In this document: positions 42,226 through 54,772 of the stretch, piece by piece
How the letters are laid out: every line of letters begins with the position of its first letter
How positions within the stretch are numbered: position 1 is the stretch's first letter
Virus record (IMG/VR): IMGVR_UViG_3300032271_000996
Span: 1-58,117 of that record
Direction: 5' to 3' (one strand)
Length of the DNA stretch: 58,117 nt
Source of the DNA: a virus
Lineage: Duplodnaviria > Caudoviricetes
Notes under the pieces: model-generated
Seen by the model: the letters and a program-made list of their open reading frames with translations, nothing else
What the model was told of the DNA's origin: nothing
Database searches by the model: none
Program-made: the position numbers and the translations under genes

Positions 42226-43032
42226 ATGGAAAGCAGGGATTTTACTGGTCTATATGAATCTTATCTTGGTGTTTATGAACAGGAAATTGATGAAGTTACT
42301 GGTGGTGGCGAGGTGGAATATAAGCGAGTATTTAGTGGCTCTTCTACAAGACCAGGTGTAAGAATCAACCCGAAGAGAGAAAACGATCCGTACAAAAGAA
42401 AGATGGGTAGTTACCCAGCCTATAAAACGCAAGATAAAATAAATCAATTAAATTATGAAAGATCTAATACCCCGAAGGAATCGAGAAGTAAATTAGATAC
42501 AAGAATTGCAAAATTACAGGCAAGATTTGATAAAGATGGTGGAGAAATGCAAGCTTATAAAGAAGAAGTAGATCTCTACGATCTAGTTCTTGAGTATCTA
42601 CTAGATGAAGGTCTATGTGAATCGGTTGAAAATGCAGAAATTATGATGGCTCATATGAGCGAGGGTTGGGTTGATTCTATTGTTGAATCGTATCCTATTG
42701 GGGATAAAGTAGGACGACAACCAATTATGAGAGTTGTATCTCCAGATGGGGTGGAAAGATCTAAAATAAGAAAAGGGGCTTGGGGTCCATCTGATTACTA
42801 TATGCACGAGAATCCTAAAGAGATTGCAAATAGAAGATTTCATCAGCATCTAACGGATAAAGAAAGGGAACGAGAGCAAAGAATGGCCGCTGGACGAGCA
42901 ACAGTTGCACGGAAACGTGGAATTGATAAAGCTACAAATAGATCAGATAGATATGATAGATATGAAGATTACACCACAGATGAGCCTTCGACCGATTATC
43001 GTGCTAGAAAGCGCAGAGCAAGCGGTAGATAA
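42226..43032 (+). CDS. Putative internal head protein (acidic modules plus basic cargo)
   Basis: N-terminal LYESYLGVYE; internal DLVLEYLLDEGLCESVENAEIMMAHMSEGWVDSIVE module shared with 44293 and 46484 ORFs; TAAATA upstream. Confidence 0.7.
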   Translation: MESRDFTGLYESYLGVYEQEIDEVTGGGEVEYKRVFSGSSTRPGVRINPKRENDPYKRKMGSYPAYKTQDKINQLNYERSNTPKESRSKLDTRIAKLQARFDKDGGEMQAYKEEVDLYDLVLEYLLDEGLCESVENAEIMMAHMSEGWVDSIVESYPIGDKVGRQPIMRVVSPDGVERSKIRKGAWGPSDYYMHENPKEIANRRFHQHLTDKEREREQRMAAGRATVARKRGIDKATNRSDRYDRYEDYTTDEPSTDYRARKRRASGR

Positions 43033-43039
43033 TCCCAAC

Positions 43040-43067
43040 AAAAAGCCCTCCTAATCGGGGGCTTTTT
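43040..43067. terminator. Bidirectional intrinsic terminator
   Basis: aaaaagccctc-ctaatc-gggggcttttt between convergent genes. Confidence 0.8.
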
Positions 43068-43071
43068 AATG

Positions 43072-43206
43072 TCAACCTTGACCGCGATAACGCTTTCGGG
43101 CCTTATTTGAGCTAGTGGAAGCATATTTGGTATGCTTTCCGTCACCTTGTCTTGACTTCTTTGGTCTTGATTGAATGTCGCTGGAACTCTTTGCTTTTAC
43201 TGCCAT
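43072..43206 (-). CDS. Small basic protein of T4-like phages (44 aa, ends RKRYRGQG)
   Basis: MAVKAKSSSDIQSRPKKSRQGDGKHTKYASTSSNKARKRYRGQG*, GGAG RBS upstream. Confidence 0.75.
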   Translation of the reverse strand: MAVKAKSSSDIQSRPKKSRQGDGKHTKYASTSSNKARKRYRGQG

Positions 43207-43217
43207 TGTTTTTCTCC

Positions 43218-43358
43218 TTAGATGTATTGAAAGTCAATTTTGTCTTCGTCAATTTCGCCATTATAGGCTTTTTCTGCTAATTCAACTAAAATAACCAGAG
43301 ATTCTTCTTCGGTTATTTGCTTATGAATTACCTCACCGTTGTAAAGAATGTTTAACAT
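43218..43358 (-). CDS. Small hypothetical protein
   Basis: MLNILYNGEVIHK... (46 aa); start moved downstream to avoid overlap. Confidence 0.6.
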   Translation of the reverse strand: MLNILYNGEVIHKQITEEESLVILVELAEKAYNGEIDEDKIDFQYI

Positions 43359-43360
43359 AA

Positions 43361-44197
43361 TCAGATTGCGAATGTCTTTTCGTGGCCAACTCTGATTCTG
43401 GGATCTACCCATACTTCAAAGCCTTTTTCCTTTGCGGTTAAACAGAAGCCAACATCTTCACCGCAATAATCAACGATTTCTCCATTATTAAAGGATTGAA
43501 GCAAAGGTGGCCACCAGGGATATTCCATACTTTCAAATACACCCTTTTGGACCATCAGCCAACCACCACCAACATAATCACAAGTAAATGGCTTCTTTCT
43601 GGCAGTCATTGTTTCAATTCTCTCCATATTCATCATACCCTTGTTCTTGACAAATTCATCGGATTCTAACCAAAAAGCACAAGCAGTATGTTCGCGATCT
43701 TCGGTTGAATACCAGCCAGATGCAATGGGCCTAGTTTTAGTTTGGTCTACGAATTGTTGAAGACCGAGTAGCTGGTCATTCTCATCGCGCACTTCTTGAT
43801 AAGAAACTGCATCATCAGGAAGAGCTAGATCACATAGTTGCCAGAAATTCTCAGGAGTGAACGCAATATCACTATCAATCCACATCTGATAATCATATTC
43901 TAATTGACCCTGCCAGGGCTTTTGATTAGGACCAGCGAGAACATTAGCCCCTAGAACCTTACAACGGGCAAAATTTACCATACTGCTATAATCTTGTCGT
44001 ATTTGCACTTGCATATTGTTTGATGCAATTTCAAAACACAACTGAACGAAATTCTTTAGAAAGTTATAAGAACAACCTCGTCCAGGTAGACATAGAACTA
44101 TGGATTTTCCTTGCATTTTCTGCTTGATTTTATTATAATCCCATTCAGGCTGAACTACTGTAGGTTGCCTTTCCTTAATTTGAAAACCTTTTGCCAT
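43361..44197 (-). CDS. GT-A-like glycosyltransferase-related protein
   Basis: VNFARC, WIDSD (DxD), GEDVGFC, VWVDPRIRVGHEK; start likely MAKGF at 44197. Confidence 0.75.
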   Translation of the reverse strand: MAKGFQIKERQPTVVQPEWDYNKIKQKMQGKSIVLCLPGRGCSYNFLKNFVQLCFEIASNNMQVQIRQDYSSMVNFARCKVLGANVLAGPNQKPWQGQLEYDYQMWIDSDIAFTPENFWQLCDLALPDDAVSYQEVRDENDQLLGLQQFVDQTKTRPIASGWYSTEDREHTACAFWLESDEFVKNKGMMNMERIETMTARKKPFTCDYVGGGWLMVQKGVFESMEYPWWPPLLQSFNNGEIVDYCGEDVGFCLTAKEKGFEVWVDPRIRVGHEKTFAI

Positions 44198-44292
44198 ATT
44201 GTTTGCTTGTATAAAAATAAAGGGTTTGCAATAATGCGTCCTATATAGGTGCTCTTCAACCATAAATAATTTGAAGAACCGAGGATTTTTAG

Positions 44293-44784
44293 ATGATTGA
44301 TACGGATAAATTAAAGAAACTTATTGATAAGAAATCTGCTGAACTGAGCAAGCCTTCGCCCCAGGGACAGTCACATAATACTCAAACGAAAGATGCTGAG
44401 AATAAGTTTAGACGTGACCGCGATAAAATGAAGGAAGATATTGAAATTGTTGCCGATATTCTATTCAATGAAGGATATGTTGATTCTCAAGAATCGTTAA
44501 ATGTTATTCTTAGTGTTATGAGTGAAGAATTTATTATGGAGGTAGCTCAGAATTATAGAAACGGCTACTTTGATTTTAAAGGTGGAAATTTGGATTCAGG
44601 CAGCACTCCCCAGGGAAAATTAACAAGAAAGGCTCTAAAATTAATTGATAGCCCCAAGTTAAAAGATAGACAACGCGCAAATAAAATGGACAGAGTTCTT
44701 AAATCATTAACGCATCAACCAGAACTCAATAAAAAGAATGGTTTGAAAAATTCTGCAAATTCTATCGCATATACAAACCGATGA
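44293..44784 (+). CDS. Putative internal head protein (acidic module plus basic cargo)
   Basis: EDIEIVADILFNEGYVDSQESLNVILSVMSEEFIME module; CATAAATA at 44261-44268. Confidence 0.65.
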   Translation: MIDTDKLKKLIDKKSAELSKPSPQGQSHNTQTKDAENKFRRDRDKMKEDIEIVADILFNEGYVDSQESLNVILSVMSEEFIMEVAQNYRNGYFDFKGGNLDSGSTPQGKLTRKALKLIDSPKLKDRQRANKMDRVLKSLTHQPELNKKNGLKNSANSIAYTNR

Positions 44785-45419
44785 AGACATTTGACGAATT
44801 TATCATCGAGGCCAAACATGGTCCCAGAACTCCACGCGAACGAAGACAACAGAGAGGTGAGAATCTCTCAAAAATTTTACAGAGAAGAATGGGGACTAGA
44901 GCAAAAATAAGAGGTGGAAGTAAGGAACACATTCATACAACTGCTGAGCCCGATGATGTTTCAATAGAAATAAGAAAATATAAAAATCCTGCTCACTATG
45001 CCGCAGGTGAAACTCCGAAAGTCAACACGATTAACGGTAAAAATAAGGTGATCAAAAACTCAGAAAGAGCATTTAGAGCAAGACAGTTATTAAAACAGGT
45101 AACTAAAAATCGTAGAAATCCAAAAGGAGCTGTATTTACTACTGATATTGTTCCAAATCTAGAAAGAGAGCACGGTGATTTTGAGAATATCAAAAAGAGA
45201 ACTCAAAATCTTAAAAAGGCGGTGGAAAATGTACCCAGAGAAATTAAAAAAGCTGGAGCAAAAATCGGTGATGTAGTAATAGGAAAGCCTGGACAGACTC
45301 AGAGTGGTGGCCCGGAAAAAGCCGGGAGAAATTCCAGAGCCAGACTATATAAAAAATTACTCCCTAATGCCAGTAAAATGAACCCGGTTACAAATCGTAT
45401 GATGGGTAGAGTAAATTGA
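44781..45419 (+). CDS. Putative capsid-targeted internal protein
   Basis: Starts MKTFDEFIIE-A (T4 IP CTS is MKTYQEFIAE); very basic remainder. Confidence 0.7.
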   Translation: MKTFDEFIIEAKHGPRTPRERRQQRGENLSKILQRRMGTRAKIRGGSKEHIHTTAEPDDVSIEIRKYKNPAHYAAGETPKVNTINGKNKVIKNSERAFRARQLLKQVTKNRRNPKGAVFTTDIVPNLEREHGDFENIKKRTQNLKKAVENVPREIKKAGAKIGDVVIGKPGQTQSGGPEKAGRNSRARLYKKLLPNASKMNPVTNRMMGRVN

Positions 45420-45802
45420 AAACATTTGAAGAATTTATAAATGAGGCAAATCAGCCTAAACCCGATGCTCTTAAAACCATCAGTAAAAACTGGGAAAGAA
45501 GGCCAAATTATAGAGGAGTGAATGTTTATGCATCTCAAAATAAAGACCATATAAAAGTTCACGACTTATTTGTACCATCTCATTTGAGAGGTAAAGGTGC
45601 TGGTAGTAGAATTATGAAGGGTATCACAAAATTAGCCGATAAACAAGGGTTCAAAGTATCATTAAATCAGGCTCCAGCACCTGGTTATAAGAAAAAGTTG
45701 GGCACTTTTTATAAGAATTTTGGATTCAAGCCCAATAAAGGAAGAAATAAAGACTTTACGACAAGAGATACTCATATTAGGCAACCCAATCAAAATAAAT
45801 AG
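45416..45802 (+). CDS. Putative capsid-targeted GNAT acetyltransferase
   Basis: TTG start MKTFEEFINE-A; acetyl-CoA motif A LFVPSHLRGKGAGSRIM and motif B FYKNFGF. Confidence 0.75.
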   Translation: MKTFEEFINEANQPKPDALKTISKNWERRPNYRGVNVYASQNKDHIKVHDLFVPSHLRGKGAGSRIMKGITKLADKQGFKVSLNQAPAPGYKKKLGTFYKNFGFKPNKGRNKDFTTRDTHIRQPNQNK

Positions 45803-45822
45803 TTCATCTAATTGTAACATTA

Positions 45823-46449
45823 ATGAAGACTTTTAACGAGTTTATAACCGAAGCAAGAGCAAGACCCTCTCAAAGGGCTAGTAAAGGTGGTAAAACTCCA
45901 AAATCTGGCAACAGAAGTGGAAAGTCGGAACTAAACCACGATGTTATTATGAGAGGTGTTCCGGGGTCAGGTAAATCCACAATGGCAAAAAGACTTGCAA
46001 AAGCGACAGGAGGTACATCTTATGGATTCGATGATGCCCGTAAAGAAATTCACGGTCATCATAGCGTTCAGGGTCCAATAAAACCTGTTAAAGATCTGAC
46101 TTATAAAACACTTTCTGGGGCAAATCGTATAAAACCTAGAATTTTAGATAATACTGGAACTGCTAAAAACTTTAAAAAGTCAACTGAAAATGAACTTAAG
46201 GATATTGGATTCAGAAATCCACAAGAGGTTTCACCTGATACTAAATCTAGAGCAACATTCCGTCGCAACAGAAAAAGAGACCATTCGGTTCCTCAGTTTG
46301 TTCTAAGAAGAATGTCTCAGCAGAATAGAGAAAATCCTGGCAGAAAAGAAGCAATTGAAAGAGGTAGAGAACTTACAAAACGTTATAGGCTTAACCGTAA
46401 ATCAACCGGGGCCAAATTAGGATTACCAAGAAGAAGAGGTTCAGAATAG
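45823..46449 (+). CDS. Putative capsid-targeted P-loop kinase (PNK/AAA_33-like)
   Basis: MKTFNEFITE-A; Walker A MRGVPGSGKST, DDARKE, ILDNT, lid RRNRKR..VPQFVLRRM. Confidence 0.75.
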   Translation: MKTFNEFITEARARPSQRASKGGKTPKSGNRSGKSELNHDVIMRGVPGSGKSTMAKRLAKATGGTSYGFDDARKEIHGHHSVQGPIKPVKDLTYKTLSGANRIKPRILDNTGTAKNFKKSTENELKDIGFRNPQEVSPDTKSRATFRRNRKRDHSVPQFVLRRMSQQNRENPGRKEAIERGRELTKRYRLNRKSTGAKLGLPRRRGSE

Positions 46450-46467
46450 ATGAAAACATTCAATCAA

Positions 46468-46475
46468 TATAAATA
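46468..46475 (+). promoter_or_regulatory. T4-type late promoter TATAAATA
   Basis: Exact consensus 8 nt before the ATG at 46484. Confidence 0.75.
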
Positions 46476-46483
46476 CTATAAAA

Positions 46484-47197
46484 ATGGATACTAAAGAACT
46501 TTTTAATTTATACGAGTCTTATCTGAATATTTACGAGGCCCCGTTTGAGATTACTGGTCCACACTCTTATAAAACTGGTGATGGTCGCCCTCAAGATGAT
46601 TCTATAATAAAGAATACTCCAACCGTTGTGGGCACTTATAAAGGTGACGACAGCGCCACAAGAAAAAAAGCAAGAAATAAGGCCGACAAACTTAATCAAG
46701 AATATGGGGCTAGTGTCTATAGAGTTAATCGTACCGATGAGCCCAGGAAAAGAGGAACAACTGTAAAAGATTCAGTTGAATCTGATTACGATAAGTTGAT
46801 TAATGAGAGAACCAATATCAGTTATGCAAGAGAGGCAATAACAAACATTAGAAATAATTTAAAGAAATACCCTCAAGGCTATAAAGGTGATGACTTTAAT
46901 CACGAACTTAAACTTGCTAAAAGCGCATTTAAAAATCAAGTTAAGCAGGAAAGAGAGAAAAGAAAAGCAAATGAAGATGTAGAATACGTTCTAGATTATC
47001 TTGTAAATGAAGGCTTTACTGATTCTTATGATGGGGCAGAAGCCATTTTAGAAACAATGTCAGATGAATGGTTAGATAGTATTATTGAGGCCAGAAAAGT
47101 TAAAATTAAGGTTGATGTTAAACGGCCAATAGAATGGAAAATCGCGGATATTGGTCCGGGTAAAAAAGAATACAATATAAAAACTTCTAAAGACTAA
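46484..47197 (+). CDS. Putative internal head protein (acidic modules plus basic cargo)
   Basis: LYESYLNIYE N-terminus; EYVLDYLVNEGFTDSYDGAEAILETMSDEWLDSIIE module. Confidence 0.7.
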   Translation: MDTKELFNLYESYLNIYEAPFEITGPHSYKTGDGRPQDDSIIKNTPTVVGTYKGDDSATRKKARNKADKLNQEYGASVYRVNRTDEPRKRGTTVKDSVESDYDKLINERTNISYAREAITNIRNNLKKYPQGYKGDDFNHELKLAKSAFKNQVKQEREKRKANEDVEYVLDYLVNEGFTDSYDGAEAILETMSDEWLDSIIEARKVKIKVDVKRPIEWKIADIGPGKKEYNIKTSKD

Positions 47198-47538
47198 ATT
47201 GCAAAAGACTGCAACATTAACAATATAATAAATCAATAAATAGTAGTGAGAAGAGAAATCTTCTTATTAGAAGTTAAAGATTTATTACTAAAAGATTCCA
47301 GAAATGGTCCTTTCATTAATGCTTCACCTCTAATTGGTATTAAAATCCAATTACAATGAGTAATAATCCCAGACGACTTATTTAAAGTCATTTGCGGAAT
47401 AATTCGTCTGGCATTATGTCGGGAATGAATTGGATTTTATTACCTCAAAAGTAAAATCCCATTCTTTACCTAAAAATAAAACAAATGGCAGACACAATTT
47501 ATGCGCGTTTGTTATTAAAATTTGCGTAGTTGTGTAAT

Positions 47539-47565
47539 AAAAAAGACCCTTCGAGGGTCTTTTTT
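47539..47565. terminator. Bidirectional intrinsic terminator
   Basis: aaaaaagaccct-tcg-agggtctttttt between convergent units. Confidence 0.85.
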
Positions 47566-47590
47566 ATTTCTTATTAATAGTGTCAGGAGT

Positions 47591-48496
47591 CTATGTAAAC
47601 TTACATTCAAATTCTTGGTTCCAGGCATCAACACCAACAGTATTAATTATCCGTTCTTTCCATTCCTTATCTTTTCCCGGAATATCATACCATTTGATTA
47701 GAGTTCTTACGAACTGATTCTTACCGTCTTCAGAGTCTTTCCAGATTTTATTGAAGCAATCATCCTGTCGTTTAACTGAAGATGCAATGATGACTTTAAT
47801 GGAGTTATCCCCAGTAAACATAGGAAAAATCTTAAGGAAGAGGTCTTGTGCATCCTTATCTGAAAAAGATGCAAACTCATCAAGATATACAAGGTTAAAA
47901 TTCCAACCCTTAAAACTACTGTAAGTTGTATTATTCATAATAACCCTAGAACCATTCTCCAATTCTAATGTAGACTCATTCCATTTGATAATTTTATGTT
48001 GCATCCATTCTGGAAGATTTTCATAGGCATTCAGTAACATTTGAAAAGCACCACGCCCCATTGCGATTTTGGGGAAAAATATTCCATCATTTACATTATC
48101 ATTAAAGATTATATGATGTAAAACATAGAAAAGGCCGGTTGAAGTTTTACCTGCTACTTGTCTGGGTGCCTTCAAAATATTGAAGCGGTTATTGTGATAT
48201 TTATTGATAAGTTTCTCTTGTGGTTCATATAATTTAATATTAGTCAATCCATCTTTAAGATGTTCAAATTTTACATAATTATTGATGAAATATACTGGGT
48301 CGTCCTTGCACTTTTGTAGTTCTTCAATGTGTTTTCTGGATTTCTTGTATTCATCCGTGGACCAATGGTAATTATCCCATCCACACATTATTGCATTTGC
48401 AAACCAGGAGAGCATTAGGTCTTCGTCGCCACCGTATAGTTCTACAAATTCTTTTGCCCATCGTTGAGCGTTCATATCAGTATTTAAGGGTTTCAT
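47591..48496 (-). CDS. Terminase large-subunit ATPase-domain paralog lacking the nuclease domain
   Basis: DPVYFINNYVK, APRQVAGKTS, YENLPEWMQ, LELENGS, VYLDEFA, ends QEFECKFT; aligns by eye with the N-half of gp17 in this window. Confidence 0.85.
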   Translation of the reverse strand: MKPLNTDMNAQRWAKEFVELYGGDEDLMLSWFANAIMCGWDNYHWSTDEYKKSRKHIEELQKCKDDPVYFINNYVKFEHLKDGLTNIKLYEPQEKLINKYHNNRFNILKAPRQVAGKTSTGLFYVLHHIIFNDNVNDGIFFPKIAMGRGAFQMLLNAYENLPEWMQHKIIKWNESTLELENGSRVIMNNTTYSSFKGWNFNLVYLDEFASFSDKDAQDLFLKIFPMFTGDNSIKVIIASSVKRQDDCFNKIWKDSEDGKNQFVRTLIKWYDIPGKDKEWKERIINTVGVDAWNQEFECKFT

Positions 48497-48570
48497 AGTG
48501 TTTGGGTTTGGGGGGTGTTATATATGGTTATGAAAACGGGGATAGTATGAATAGGAAGACTCCGAAGAGA

Positions 48571-49332
48571 TTAAAGAATAGAAGGATTTGGAGCATTTTG
48601 AGTTTTTGGTTTTCTATGCTTCCAATTTTGTTTTCCAGTATTTGCTTCTTTTGTTCGTTGTATTATTTTATCCCTACAAATACCTTCCCCTGAATTTGGA
48701 TTTTTATCTCCAGACCAAGCGCCCCTTTCTATTGCTTTTTGAGAAATTTTAGCTCTAACTTCTTTGTCGTCCATAGGATTTCCATAATCGTTTCTATGTC
48801 TTATTTTAACTTTCATTTCATCTAATGATTTTCTAATCCAAACTAATCCACATCCCATAATAGTTTTTATTTCCCTTAAGGTTTTGCCTTCTTTATAGAG
48901 CTTTGCAATTTGTTCTGGAGGATAATTATTTCTTAAATCATTTATTTTCTTCTCATTTAATACTTTTAAATGAGTTTTTTCTTTCATTATTTTGCTATGC
49001 TTTGGTCTCTTCTTTCCTCTACGTATATCTCCCATTTTTTTCCTTTGTTCTTCTGTATAAACATATCCAGAGGGACCATCCCCACCATCAGTTAAATTAT
49101 AGAGAATACCAGTTTTTAAATCCTTTCTACCAAAGATAGCAATCATATAAATTTCGTGTTTGAATGCTTCTTCTTCTGTAAGATTTTTCTTCAGAAACAA
49201 AATCCTATTTTTTGAAGGCACATAGGCACTATGTCGTCTTCTATCATATGCCCTTTTTCCCTTCCCTTTACCAATATAGTAAGGAGAACCATCTTCTCTC
49301 AAATAAGCATAGGTATAATATACATTTTTCAT
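48571..49332 (-). CDS. Free-standing GIY-YIG-type homing endonuclease
   Basis: YYTYAYLREDGSPYYIGKG..R, catalytic-like E in AFKHE, YNLTDGGDG, NUMOD3-like TEEQRKKM; TATAAATA at 49361-49368. Confidence 0.8.
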   Translation of the reverse strand: MKNVYYTYAYLREDGSPYYIGKGKGKRAYDRRRHSAYVPSKNRILFLKKNLTEEEAFKHEIYMIAIFGRKDLKTGILYNLTDGGDGPSGYVYTEEQRKKMGDIRRGKKRPKHSKIMKEKTHLKVLNEKKINDLRNNYPPEQIAKLYKEGKTLREIKTIMGCGLVWIRKSLDEMKVKIRHRNDYGNPMDDKEVRAKISQKAIERGAWSGDKNPNSGEGICRDKIIQRTKEANTGKQNWKHRKPKTQNAPNPSIL

Positions 49333-49367
49333 TACTTCTACTCCAAAGTTAGTCCTATACTATTTAT

Positions 49368-49392
49368 AAAAAAGGAACTCCAAAGAGTTCCC
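49368..49392 (-). terminator. psbA terminator
   Basis: Minus strand gggaactc-tttg-gagttcc-tttttt. Confidence 0.8.
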
Positions 49393-49420
49393 TTTATTAT
49401 ACCAGTATTAGGTTTTTATA

Positions 49421-53400
<3,980 letters not shown>

Positions 53401-53542
53401 ATTTGAAAAAAAGGTAACAAATATTCGCGGGGACGAATGTGATTATTATTTCTTCTCACCCCCAGAGAAGATATGAGAGACGTATTTAACGTGCAAAGTC
53501 TCGGTAAGCGCGGGCAGCAAGTTAGGATTTCCTGACTTGCTT
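53401..53542 (-). ncRNA. Structured psbA 5' leader, PhotoRC-II-like motif
   Basis: Hairpins gcaagt..acttgc, gagac..gtctc, cttctc-tgggggt-gagaag, attcg-tcccc-gcgaat; resembles remembered cyanophage psbA leader. Confidence 0.65.
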
Positions 53543-53548
53543 ATGTAT

Positions 53549-53577
53549 ATAGTAGCATTGTTTTAAGGTTTTGTCAA
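53549..53577 (-). promoter_or_regulatory. Sigma70-type psbA promoter
   Basis: TTGACA-17 nt-TACTAT with extended -10 TG. Confidence 0.85.
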
Positions 53578-53591
53578 GGGGTCTGGGCCAG

Positions 53592-53873
53592 TTAAGAAAG
53601 TGTCCCATTCCTATTAAATTTAAAATTGAGATGATTACTTTCATCATCAATAAAGTTAATAAAAAGACTATCAACCTTACACATTTTTAAAATTTTATCT
53701 GCACATTCTAAAACCAATGCCAGTTTATACTCACAGTTTCTTATGTTAATAAAGACCGAATCAATTCTTTTGCTATCACCCTTAAGACGCCTAATTTCTT
53801 TCACTAAGGCTATAATAAAATCAAAATAGTGATCATATCTTGAGAATGCTTGTTCAAATGTTCTTTCTTTCAT
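53592..53873 (-). CDS. Hypothetical protein
   Basis: 93-aa ORF, ATGA-coupled to upstream gene. Confidence 0.6.
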   Translation of the reverse strand: MKERTFEQAFSRYDHYFDFIIALVKEIRRLKGDSKRIDSVFINIRNCEYKLALVLECADKILKMCKVDSLFINFIDDESNHLNFKFNRNGTLS

Positions 53874-54178
53874 TTCGTATTTTTAAACATTTCAGGAAAC
53901 TCTTCTGGTTTTAATTCCACTACATTACACTCGGAAACATTTTCGGGCTCCTCTAAGTAAAAATATTCAAACAATAGATCAGTCGGGCTATCTGCAAAAT
54001 AATCACCAAAGGCTTTAGGTGTACTTAAATCATCATAATCGTGCTGATTTGCATTAAACCCAATATAAAAAGTAACTTTATAAACGCGCATATCTTTGCG
54101 AGATTCTTTATGAATTTCAATATCTGTTTGAAGTTGTGTAAGCTCTTCAAAGGAGAGTTTGCTCAAATCAATTTTCAT
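53870..54178 (-). CDS. Hypothetical protein
   Basis: Likely start MKIDLSK at 54178; part of packed operon. Confidence 0.6.
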   Translation of the reverse strand: MKIDLSKLSFEELTQLQTDIEIHKESRKDMRVYKVTFYIGFNANQHDYDDLSTPKAFGDYFADSPTDLLFEYFYLEEPENVSECNVVELKPEEFPEMFKNTK

Positions 54179-54545
54179 CGTGGGTGTTCTCCACATTATA
54201 ATTTAAATTATTCAATCGTTCTTCTCCATTGAGACGACACCTCATAAAATATCTTTCAACTCCCTTTAAAAATTCAAGAGTATTGTCGTCGTTTTTATAT
54301 TTATACTTATCTGTAATATCTCCAATAAGACGGTAAACTCGTTCGAGTAAAAAAGTTCTTTCAATAGTTGCCGAGTTGGTTTTGGGCGCATCTCGAAGTT
54401 CTGTGCTTAAATGATCAAGCAAATATTTCGGGTCATCAATACTTTCTAAATCTCTACAAAATTTCTCATAGGTAAATAAATTGTCTAGTTCTCTTAACGG
54501 AAGCTCTTCTGGGCTAAAAAAATCAATTTTCATAAGATTCCTCAT
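54168..54545 (-). CDS. Hypothetical helical protein (weak NblA-like resemblance)
   Basis: PEELPLRELDNLFTYEKFCRDLESIDD; operon context. Confidence 0.55.
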   Translation of the reverse strand: MRNLMKIDFFSPEELPLRELDNLFTYEKFCRDLESIDDPKYLLDHLSTELRDAPKTNSATIERTFLLERVYRLIGDITDKYKYKNDDNTLEFLKGVERYFMRCRLNGEERLNNLNYNVENTHDEN

Positions 54546-54712
54546 TCTTTAGTGTATTCTAAACCAATCATAGTCCGACGAGCGATAATTGCATCAAAAA
54601 CCTGACCAAGGCTATTCTCTCGCCCGCAGTAGTCATCAATACCATCGGGCCCATCATACAATGACCATTCATAAGAATCTGTTTCTGGTATGTAACATAT
54701 TTCAATGTTCAT
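54542..54712 (-). CDS. Small hypothetical protein (56 aa)
   Basis: MNIEICYIPETDSYEWSLYDGPDGIDDYCG...TKE*, ATGA overlap with next gene; below ORF-track cutoff. Confidence 0.6.
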   Translation of the reverse strand: MNIEICYIPETDSYEWSLYDGPDGIDDYCGRENSLGQVFDAIIARRTMIGLEYTKE

Positions 54713-54772
54713 ATTATTAAAAATTGTAGTTTACAGGAAAATAATAAGAGTTTCTAACCGATTAAATTATGA

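Noticed and set aside
47470-47535. tmRNA tag-like reading frame ADTIYARLLLKFA*
   Set aside because: No tRNA-like domain (acceptor stem, T-arm, CCA) found nearby; kept only as an unexplained structured region
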